A stretch of 64,000 bases of DNA from Haliotis cracherodii (Eukaryota): the NCBI RefSeq assembly GCF_022045235.1, contig NW_027266297.1, forward strand, positions 3,038,001 to 3,102,000, read 5' to 3'. The notes under the pieces are model-generated. The model saw only the letters and a list, made by a program, of their open reading frames with translations, did not search any database and was not told the origin of the DNA. The translations under genes and the position numbers were made by a program. How positions within the stretch are numbered: the first letter of the stretch is position 1; every line of letters starts with the position of its first letter. Shown one piece after another: positions 1-12,000 of this stretch.

Positions 1-3
1 TAG

Positions 4-56
4 CTCTCATGGACAAGTTTGATCTCATCTGCCGCAGACTGCCACCACGTGGACAG
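4..56 (+). CDS. ROCO-like exon (LMDKFDLICRRLPPRGQ)
   Basis: tag|...cag|gtaatg, COR-type motif. Confidence 0.8.
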
Positions 57-3000
57 GTAATGCCAGTGACCCAATACTCCCTACGTCACCTAACTGGTCT
101 CATCTCATTCCAATTCCAGACTTTCCTTGACTGGGCTTCTCCACAACCTACGTCCGTGGACATCTCTCCAACACTAAGCTGACACACTGGGAAATAACTG
201 AGATACTGTTCAAAGTGGCACAAGCCCAGTTTACCCAAACTCTGGAATGTTTGTGAAAGCTGTCATACTGACATGTATTGCACATGCATTTGCTAAACCT
301 CTGGGTGCGGTTGTACAAAACAACCTCAATGCTACGACTATCGTAAGTCTATGTAAGGTATGGGAGTTACGATCAACTTAACGCTAAGATCGCTTTGTAC
401 AACAGCACCTAGGTGGGTTTTGGGTAGTTTTCCCAATACCTTCAATCTTGCACTTTCATTGTCTTTAATATCATTGTCCATTCTTTCACATTGTCGACAT
501 ACTCAGACCTATTGACACTTGTTGGCATATGTTTATGTTTGGCATCCCACATACCAAGATGACCCTGAAGATGCGGGTTAAGACGGGTCTTCAGCAACCC
601 ATGATTTTTGTAAAAGGCGACTAAGCTTGTTGTAAGAGGTGACTAACAGGATCAGATGGTCAGACTCGCTGACTTGCTTGATGTATTTTGTTGTATCGGA
701 ATTGCGTGAATCGATGCTCATGAAATCAGTCACTGGATTGTCTGGTCCATACTCGATTATTTACAGACAGCCGTCAAATAGCTGGAATATTGCTGAGTGC
801 AGTGTTAAACAACAAACAAACAAACAAACAATACATGACACCAAGTATTTTTTGAGAGGCTATATGTTGAGATGTTTGTTTCAGACTCACCGGGAGGAGA
901 CACACAGTTACTACGTCCCCATGCGGCTGGAGAAGTTGGATGATCAGCGCCACCTGTACACGCTCTCCGACAACGTGGCTGTGTTCTACCTTGACTTCAA
1001 CAACTTCCTCCCAGGTAGGTTCATCTTAGTGCTTAGTAAATCATGTGGCAAACATTGGAGAGATAATGTTTCTTTATATCAGCTTAGGGGGGTGTAAGTA
1101 TCAGACGTTTTTCCTCTTAACTTCTTCTGCAGTAGATGTTTGCAATGAAACCATGGTAACAGTCACATCACCAATGATGTGTTGTAGACGGCCTGTTCTA
1201 TCGGATCCTGACCCGAGCAATCAGGTGGTCCCAGGACAGTGGAGGCCGAGACCCCTATCTCTACAGTCGAATAGCCAAATTCTTTCTGGACGACTCTCAT
1301 GACTTTGTGTTGGAACTGTCACCTAGAGCGTACCACAGATTAAAGGTAGGTCTTGCTTAGCATACCACAGATGAAAGGTAGGTCTTACTTAGCATAACAC
1401 AGATGAAAGGTAGGTCTTGCTTAGCATACCATGGGTTAAGGTAGGTCTTACGTAGCATACCACGAGTTAAAGGTAGGTCTTGCTTAGCATACCACAGATG
1501 AAAGGTAGGTCTTGCTTAGCATACCATGGGTTAAAGGTAGGTCTTGCTTAGCATACCATGGGTTAAAGGTAGGTCTTGCTTAGCATACATTGGGTTAAAG
1601 GTAGGTCGTGCTTAGCATACCATGGGTTAAAGGTAGGTCTTGCTTAGCATACCTTGGGTTAAAGGTAGGTCTTGCTTAGCATACCACAGGTTAAGGGTAC
1701 TCTAGCTGTTCATGCCACATGGTGAACATCACAGAGTAGTAAATGGGAATATATATTCATTCAGAAGAGATGTTTCTAGTTTGAAGGTATGTACAGAGAT
1801 TAAAGTGCCATGATTTGTTTCACTTGTACATGTGGATGTGTTTCAGGTTGTCGTCGTGGGCATCTCCGACTCCATCTACACCAACCCTGGCTACAACCCC
1901 CTCTCCGCAGCCTGTGCCAAGGTTAATCTCCATTCACTGACATCTGTTTTACTATAAATTATTTAAAGTAAAGCAGTAGTTCATAAACAGACTAAGGATG
2001 CATTCGATAGGGCCGAACATGAGCAGATCTGGACAGTGAATCATGATTGTTTATTTCTTGTTTGTTTGTTTTTAACGCCTCACTCAGCAATATTCCAGCA
2101 ATATGATGGCGGACTGAAAAATAATCGAGTCTGGACCAGACAATCCAGTGATTGACATCATGAGCATCTATCCATGCAATTGGGATACCATGACATGCAC
2201 CAACAAACCTGACCCATTAGTCGCCTCTTATGACTAGCATAGTTACCTTTTATGGCAAGCATGGGTTGCTGAAGACCTATTCTACACTGGATCTTCACAG
2301 TTCGAATCATGATTATCTCCCTTTGATTACCAAAGTCATAATTGGTTGTGACTTTCTGCATCCAGGTGCGGAACTTCCTGGAGTCTACACTGACGGACCT
2401 GCGGCAACTGTGGATGAAGAGGATTGCCTGCAAGATGTGTCTGCGATGTACGTGTGACAAGGTGTGTGAGCGGCACGGCCTGGCCGGGTGTACCCAGGAG
2501 GCCTGCCTTCACTTCCTGGACCTGGACGAATGTCTCACCTCCAAGGTAGGATGTCACAGTTGTTTAATACCACACTCCGCTCTCTTCCAGCTGTATGACA
2601 GCACCTTGCAGTCAAGGCCTCGCCTCTGTGGTCTAGTGGTAGAGCGTCTGCCTGGAGAGCAGAAGATCGGGGTTCGATCCCTGGCCGCGTCATACCAAAA
2701 GACGTTAAAAGATGGTACTTCTTGTTACTCTGTCTGGCGCTTGGCATTAAGGGGCTAAAAAAGGGTTGGTTGGCTCGGAGTCAGTTTACCGTGTCTGAGT
2801 GGGGTATTCATGTTGAACTGCTGTTAGGTATGTCAGTGGGCTAGCACTGTAAATCAGTTCGGACAGTCACACGCACACACAGACACCTCTATATAAGTGC
2901 AATAATCTTAGACGCGACGTTAAACCCGATTTCACCTCACCTCACCCGCAGTCAAATCTGGACTCCAATCATCCATGCTGTCAGGGAACATGAAAAAAAC

Positions 3001-6000
3001 CAAGTCACCGAGATTCACCACTCAATCGACTTAGACGCCTCTTACAACCATCATGGGTTACTAAAGGAACAGTTTAACCCAGAATCCCTACAGAGTGTCT
3101 TGTCAGGGTGTCTGACCATCAATGTGAGATCCAAGTGTCTGACGCCGTCACCCAGGATTTTGGCTGAAACAATGTGTAAGGTAGCATGACATGCACTCAG
3201 ATCACCTGTGTCTCCCCACAAGGCATGATACAGTGTTGTAGACTCAGAAGAACTATAGCCAGCCCTGATGTCAGGTCCTCACCAGTGTATGTGAATGTAT
3301 CTGCGGACTGCATTAGAAGTCATCTATTGTTGTTCCAGATTGTTTGCTGTGAACATAGACGGGTGAAAACTGCTGATGTAAGGAAATGGTTTCCTCAACC
3401 CAAAATAGGTAATGGTCTGGAGCATTTCCCTTCCCAATGATAAAAAATTATGTGAGATGTTCAGATAAAGATTTAAAGAATTCTGGATAAGTTTCATGTG
3501 AATATTAATGCCTTTTCTTCAAATTGTTGCTCCTTGTGCAAGGGGATGAAACAAGTTGTCTTGAGTAGTACATATGCAACAAGTTGAAGAACACCCACAA
3601 TTGGAAGGCTGAGTGTTGCAACACCCACCAACCATGACAGCTAAAATCTTATGAAACAATTTAGTTTTTTTGAGAGGTATAGATTGCTGTTTGATTTGCT
3701 CTGTAGATATAAGGAAATATGTAACTATTCCATGCTTGCATTTTCCTGAGAAATACACCATAATCATGGGGCAAATTTCAACAATATCATCTTTTATAGG
3801 ACTTGCTGTCTGTAAGGTCAAATGATGCACTTGTTCTCCAGATATGCCTGAACCGATACTGCCTCGATTGACGTTGGAGATCACAGGGGGCAACATAGAG
3901 AAGAACGTCCCGAACCTGCCGTCCTGGATGAAGGGGGCGGCCAAGCTGCTCAACAGTGGGGCCGACGAACAGGACTGGGCGGCGCTGGCAAAACTCATGG
4001 GTAGGTAGGACTAGGTACCAGGGGTCAAGATGACTGTAAACTCATGGGTAGGTAGTACTAGGTACCAGGAGGTCAAGATGACCGTAAACTCATGGGTAGG
4101 TAGAACTAGGTACCGGGGATCAAGATGACTGTAAACTCATGGGTAGGTAGTACTAGGTACCAGGAGGTCAAGATGACTGTAAACTCATGGGTAGGTAGTA
4201 CTAGGTACCGGGGATCAAGATGACCGTAAACTCATGGGTAGGTAGTACTAGGTACCAGGAGGTCAAGATGACCGTAAACTCATGGGTAGGTAGTACTAGG
4301 TACCAGGGGTCAAGATGACTGTAAACTCATGGGTAGGTAGTACTGGGTACCAGGGATCAAGATGACTGTAAACTCATGGGTAGGTAGTAATAAGTACCAG
4401 GAGTCAAGATGACTGTAAACTCATGGGTAGGTAGTACTGGGTACCAGAGGTCAAGATGACCGTAAACTCATGGGTAGGTAGTACTAGGTACCAGGGGTCA
4501 AGATGACCGTAAACTCATGGGTAGGTAGTACTGGGTACCAGGGGTCAAGATGACCGTAAACTCATGGGTAGGTAGTACTGGGTACCAGAGGTCAAGATGA
4601 CCATAAACTCATGGGTAGGTAGTACTGGGTACCAGAGGTCAAGATGACCGTAAACTCATGGGTAGGTAGTACTAGGTACCAGAGGTCAAGATGACCGTAA
4701 ACTCATGGGTAGGTAGTACTAGGTACCAGAGGTCAAGATTACCGTAAACTCATGGGTAGGTAGTACTAGGTACCAGGGGTCAAGATGACCGTAAACTCAT
4801 GGGTAGGTAGTACTGGGTACCAGGGGTCAAGATGACCGTAAACTCATGGGTAGGTAGTACTAGGTACCAGGAGGTCAAGATGACCGTAAACTCATGGGTA
4901 GGTAGAACTAGGTACCGGGGATCAAGATGACAGTAAACTCATGGGTAGGTAGTACTAAGTACCAGGAGTCAAGATGACTGTAAACTCATGGGTAGGTAGG
5001 ACTAGGTACCAGAGGCCAAGATGACTGTAAACTCATGGGTAGGTAGTACTGGGTACCAGAGGTCAAGATGACCGTAAACTCATGGGTAGGTAGTACTAGG
5101 TACCAGAGGTCAAGATGACCGTAAACTCATGGGTAGGTAGTACTAGGTACCAGGGGTCAAGATGACCGTAAACTCACGGGTAGGTAGTACGAGGTACCAG
5201 CGGTCAAGATGACCGTAAACTCATGGGTAGGTAGTACTAGGTACCAGGAGGTCAAGATGACCGTAAACTCATGGGTAGGTAGTACTAGGTACCAGGGGTC
5301 AAGATGACCGTAAACTCATGGGAAGGTAGTACTGGGTACCAGGGGTCAAGATGACTGTAAACTCATGGGTAGGTAGTACTAAGTACCGGTAGTCAAGATG
5401 ACCGTAAACTCATGGGTAGGTAGTACTGGGTACCAGGAGTCAAGATGACTGTAAACTCATGGGTAGGTAGTACTAGGTACCAGGGGTCAAGATGACCGTA
5501 AACTCACGGGTAGGTAGTACGAGGTACCAGAGGTCAAGATGACTGTAAACTCATGGGTAGGTAGTACTAGGTACCAGGAGGTCAAGATGACCGTAAACTC
5601 ATGGGTAGGTAGTACTAGGTACCAGGGGTCAAGATGACCGTAAACTCATGGGTAGGTAGTACTGGGTACCAGGGGTCAAGATGACTGTAAACTCATGGGT
5701 AGGTAGTAATAAGTACCGGTAGTCAAGATGACCGTAAACTCATGGGTAGGTAGTACTGGGTACCAGGAGTCAAGATGACCGTAAACTCATGGGTAGGTAG
5801 TACTGGGTACCAGGAGTCAAGATGACCGTAAACTCACGGGTAGGTAGTACTAGGTACCAGGGGTCAAGATGACCGTAAACTCATGGGTAGGTACTAGGTA
5901 CCAGAGGTCAAGATGACCATAAACTCATGGGTAGGTAGTACTAGGTACCAGGGTCAAGATGACTGTAAACTCATGGGTAGGTAGTACTAGGTACCAGGGG

Positions 6001-9000
6001 TCAAGATGACCGTAAACTCATGGGTAGGTAGTACTGGGTACCAGGGGTCAAGATGACTGTAAACTCATGGGTAGGTAGTAATAAGTACCGGTAGTCAAGA
6101 TGACCGTAAACTCATGGGTAGGTAGTACTGGGTACCAGGAGTCAAGATGACCGTAAACTCATGGGTAGGTAGTACTGGGTACAAGGAGTCAAGATGACTG
6201 TAAACTCACGGGTAGGTAGTACTAGGTACAAGGAGTCAAGATGACCGTAAACTCATGGGTAGGTACTAGGTACCAGAGGTCAAGATGACCATAAACTCAT
6301 GGGTAGGTAGTACTAGGTACCAGGGTCAAGATGACCGTATACTCATGGGTAGGTAGTACTGGGTACCAGGAGTCAAGATGACCGTAAACTCATGGGTAGG
6401 TAGTACTGGGTACCAGGAGTCAAGATGACCGTAAACTCATGGGTAGGTAGTACTGGGTACCAGGAGTCAAGATGACCGTAAACTCATGGGTAGGTAGTAC
6501 TGGGTACCAGGAGTCAAGATGACCGTAAACTCACGGGTAGGTAGTACTAGGTACCAGGGGTCAAGATGACCGTAAACTCATGGGTAGGTACTAGGTACCA
6601 GAGGTCAAGATGACCATAAACTCATGGGTAGGTAGTACTAGGTACCAGGGTCAAGATGACTGTAAACTCATGGGTAGGTAGAACTAGGTACCAGGGGTCA
6701 AGATGACCGTAAACTCATGGGTAGGTACTAGGTACCAGAGGTCAAGATGACCATAAACTCATGGGTAGGTAGTACTAGGTACCAGGGTCAAGATGACTGT
6801 AAACTCATGGGTAGGTAGTACTAGGTACCAGGGGTCAAGATGACCGTAAACTCATGGGTAGGTAGTACTGGGTACCAGGGGTCAAGATGACTGTAAACTC
6901 ATGGGTAGGTAGTAATAAGTACCGGTAGTCAAGATGACCGTAAACTCATGGGTAGGTAGTACTGGGTACCAGGAGTCAAGATGACCGTAAACTCATGGGT
7001 AGGTAGTACTGGGTACCAGGGGTCAAGATGACTGTAAACTCACGGGTAGGTAGTACTAGGTACTAGGGGTCAAGATGACCGTAAACTCATGGGTAGGTAC
7101 TAGGTACCAGAGGTCAAGACGACTGTAAACTCATGGGTAGGTAGTACTAGGTACCAGGGTCAAGATGACCGTAAACTCATGGGTAGGTAGAACTAGGTAC
7201 CAGAGGTCAAGATGACCGTAAACTCATGGGTAGGTAGTACTAGGTACCAGAGGTCAAGATGACCGTATACTCATGGGTAGGTAGTACTGGGTACCAGAGG
7301 TCAAGATGACTGTAAACTCGTGGGTAGGTACCACATGGTCAAGTGGCCATTACATCAATGGCGATGGTGTAGGTTTAACAAAACACATGACAGTATACAA
7401 TGTTTACTCATTGTACTGCTGATGTGTGCCGAAAGGGAATTCAATTGTGAGGCTCTGTGATGCTTTTAGTGTCACTCGATGACTATCTTTAAAGGTTTTG
7501 GTTTTAGACTTCTGAAAACACCATCATGAGAGAAACTGCTATCTGTAAAATGGCCAAGTAAACCTTTATGGGAAACCTTTATTATATTTTTATGCAGATT
7601 TATCAAATTGCAGGAGGGAGGTATTATTTTCAATTCATTGCTGATTTAATATTTGACCAGGTTTGTTTGTTTGTTTGTTGTTGTTTAACGTCACACTCAG
7701 CAATATTCTAGTTATATGATGGCGGTCTGTAAATAACCGAGTCTGGACCAGACAATCCACTGATTGACATCATGAGCATCGATCCACGTAATTGGGATAC
7801 GATGGCATGCATCTAACCAAGTCAGCGAGCCTGACCACCCGATCCCATTAGTATCCTCTTACGACAAGCATAGTAGCCTTTTACAGCAAACATGAGTTGC
7901 TGAAGACCCATTCTAACCCCAGATCTTGACAAGGTTGGCCAGATGCATATTTGAGTTATTTCACTGGAATGTACTTTGTTTAAGAATCATCAAATTACTT
8001 GGGATTTTTTGCATTAAATGAATCACTCATAAAATCCCAAACATTCAATGCCAGATTCAACAAGTTAACAACTATTCATTATCAAAACACTTCTAGGAAA
8101 TCAGTTTTACAAAACAGAAAAATATCTAAATCTTTTGAAAAATGATATGGTGAGGGTGATATTTTCTACAGGTATATTATGTTAATTATTTAAAAAAAAA
8201 TTGTCAGTATTTAATTCCACAGATGTTTCCTAGAAAATGATTCAGGTAGTCTGTGTCCACATTAGTTGCAGACATTAGGCTTGTATTCAGAGTATTTGTC
8301 TTGTAAAAGTTAGAAGGAATCATCTAGATTTTAGAAATACTTACCAATGGAAATGAGTGATAGTGTGAATTCTATTGCTAGATGCACGTGTTGACTACCA
8401 TGAACCTAAGTTCACTCTATACCGTAGAGGCACATAGAGTATCACCCACCAAAGTCAACAGCTGAGCATTGCAATGTACAGTTAAACACTGTTGTGTCGA
8501 ATGTTGATGTGTCAAACTTACACTTGTTTCAAAGTAAAAGCTTGGTCCTACCGTATTCCTTCTTTAGTCATCATTTCCGTTTGTGTCGAACCTTGGATAA
8601 CTTGAAGTATTTACGTAGGCCTCTTCAACTTCGACAGCGGTGTTGGACGGAAGGTACATTAATCTTGAACGCAAAGTTAAACCCCATTTAACCTCACCTC
8701 AACCTTTATGTACATTTGAGCATTTGACCTTGGAAGTGGTGAATCATACAATATATCAGCAAGTTTGACTTTCAATAATTGGTTAGACCACTCGCATGTA
8801 CGATCATCCGAGTTGCGCAGTGACCATGGAATTAGAAAATCGTTAAGATCTGCCTGTTTGTCCTGCAGGTTACAAACAGGCTCGGATTGACCAGATCAAC
8901 GAGGATCTGAACCCAGCCCTGGCCCTGCTGACCGACTGGGTGCTGACCAGCGGGAACAGCTCCCTCTCGGTCGACCTCATGATGGTGTTCCTGGAACAGA

Positions 9001-12000
9001 TCAATCGAGACGACATTGTGGACGTCATCCAGAAGGCCAAGGGTTCGTGTCGCTTTGCATGATTCAGTCATTACTCTCACATCCACTGCTTACCTAGAAA
9101 TTCAATAACCACAAACCAGATTCATGTGGAAGTGCACCATTAGGCTTGACAACTTGGTATGCAACGATGCCAATGTACTGTCACTGCAGCGCATATGTGA
9201 AACATGCCTTTGATATTGTCCCCAATCCCATGTCGGCAGCCTCAAGCAGCGCCAGATTTGTTCACACTTCACATTTTCAGACTACCAGTCTATCGGGTTA
9301 ATACGTAGTGGAGGATGCAGTATATATACTACTCAAAAGAAGAACTTTAAGGATCACCCAGTTCTTTCATATTGGTAATGTTAATCTGTCATGGCATGAG
9401 AGATTAACTATTGTAATATGAAAGAATCCAGGTGATCCTTAACTTCTTTTGAGTAGTATATACTGACGGAAATAAATAAGGGAACACTTAGTTACAGACA
9501 CTGTAAAATGACATGCTGTCATGTGTTCCCAAATACATGTTGGAAACATTGCACACATACACATCTCACCATTTGATTCTGATGTGTTGAATTTGTATGC
9601 ATGCTATTTCAAAAGTACTGACAGTAAAGTTTATTCCCCTGTATTTTTTCAATGGTCCCTTAATGGTTTCCATCAGTATGAGTGGCACATTTAGATTTTT
9701 TTATCCTGCTCTGGTTGTTACATACTCTTTTTAGTCTTACTTCATTTTTGAAACCTCTCGTGAAACCATTTGTCTTTTGAAGCTGAGCATGCAAGTTAAA
9801 TATCTTAAATGGTTGCTAAGACACCTATATACTCACCAGCAAAAGAAACACAAATACCATAAATGTTAGCTCATATATGAAGAATTGCTCTTATTCAACA
9901 GATATTAGTTTGGTTTGATGCACAAATAAACCTACTGGTATGTTGTGTGAAGTGAATGTATGCATAACTTATGACGTCATAGATCCATGACTTGAGATGC
10001 ACTATTTGTCTCATACAGGATTAGCATGTAAAGTTTAGAAAACCTTTTTGCAGAATATAATAAGAGTAAAGACATTCTATGGTAACACTTGACTGATTGT
10101 TTTGTCATTAAGTGGTACACATTGGAAACATCTCTTCTTATACTTACTTCTCTCTATGTTTCTATGGTTGCATTTCTGTTGGCGGTGAGTATGTATAGTA
10201 TATATTGAAATAAATAGTATTGAACATTGAAGGCAAGCTACAGTGCCTCTTGTCTGTATGTTTGTAACAGAGTTACAAAGGCAAGCTACAGTGCCTCTTG
10301 TCTGTATGTTTGTAACAGAGAGTTACAAAGGCAAGCTTCAGTGCCTCTTGTCTGTATGTTTGTAACAGAGAGTGAGTCAGACCTGCCGCAGATCTTCCTG
10401 AGCTACCAGTGGGACTCCCAGGATGACGTCCAGAGTCTCCGGGCACGCCTGGAGAGGGCGGGTTTCACCTGCTGGATGGACATTGGTCAGATGGGTGGCG
10501 GGGATCAGCTCAACCTCAAGATCGATGAGGGCATTCGGAACTGTGTGGTGAGTTGGTAAAGATGATGTCAGAGAAGATAGAATGTGAGCTGGGCTTACAC
10601 AACAGTGAGACAACACAAGGGTGCTGTAAGCGTGTATATTTGTTGTTGTTAAAGCCACACTCAGCAATATTCCAGCTATATGACGGCAGTCTGGACCAGA
10701 CAATCTGACAGATTAATATCATGAGCATCGATCCACGCAACTGGGATACAATGACATGCATCAACCAAGTCAGCAAGCCTGACCACCCGATCCCGTTAGT
10801 CGCCTTTACGGCAAGAATGGGTTGCTGAAGACCTATTCTAACCCGGATCTTCACGGGTAGTGCTGTAAGCAGTATTTAAGTTACATTACTGCATGTGAGT
10901 TTGATGCGGGAGGAAACCCCCAAGTGATGCAGGTACTTCACCCCAAATGTCATCATTTTTTATGAATGATTACAACACTGAGCCATAATTATGGTAATAC
11001 TTACGAATCTTCTACCTCTAAAACATCATTGACAAATTCCTGTAATTTGCCTGCAATCTCACTAAACTAAACAATTCTTATGAAATCTCTACCTCTATCT
11101 ATCTCTGCTATAAATCTTGTATTTTGGCTTCAATCACACTAACTAAAACTTTCAGATTTTCTGCACAAGTCCTCTTCAATGTCAACTATACAACATCAGT
11201 TGTCCGGCAATAGCACTCAATTACCCCAAGGTATTCTAGTGTGTGAAGGCGACAGAAACCTCACTTCTTCCCTGTGTATGTACTGCTCCTCCAGCAGTCA
11301 CACTATTCTTGTCCATTTCAGTAAAGAGGCTTATTACTCTAAAGTAGTAGTCTTATTGGCTGCTTATAGTACATGAGTATTAAGTAAGTAATAATGGAAG
11401 ATATACTCCCACTACCTCCTCGTCGAGATCTTCTACATCAACCTAGGTCAGACATCTTCTACGAAAATCTTTCCAGCCCAAATCTCACTGCCTGGAAGTT
11501 TTCTCGCAAAAGATGCAAGCCTCCTGATTCTCTGATTCTGCCTCAGAAACTGTGGCTAAATCATGGAGGAGAGCTATCTCCATCTCCCCATCTCCCTCTA
11601 CCTCCCCCCCCCCTCTATCAGCAATGAAATGGGAGTTCTAAAGAAGGTATCACACATTGACATTTTATTCCACTGCATGATTTCAAATAATTCAATGAAT
11701 GTAAACTCTTTGGGATTTGAAGCTGATTTATAATGAGGGAATCACAGGAAGGTAATTGCTGTCAACTATACAGGGAGTGTTCTAGAGGCAGAACCCACCT
11801 TTCCCTCCGGTATATTCTGGCAATAATGTAATAGAGGTAGAGGATTTGTAAGAATTATCAAACAATAGTTGTTATTGTTAATGATTCTAAGAATACTACC
11901 TCTATTACATCAGAAGTACTCCCTCCCACCTCCAAGATCATCTGTCTCCAGTTGATTGATGAGTGGAAAGATGTGAGGTTTCTCCTGCCTTCATATACGA

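Noticed and set aside
3519-3998. 159-aa minus-strand ORF and similar antisense ORFs over exons (8832-9086, 12947-13309, 29712-30173)
   Set aside because: Antisense shadows of GC-rich real exons.
3991-7331. CRISPR-like regular array
   Set aside because: No unique spacers, eukaryotic intron, no cas genes; it is a minisatellite.
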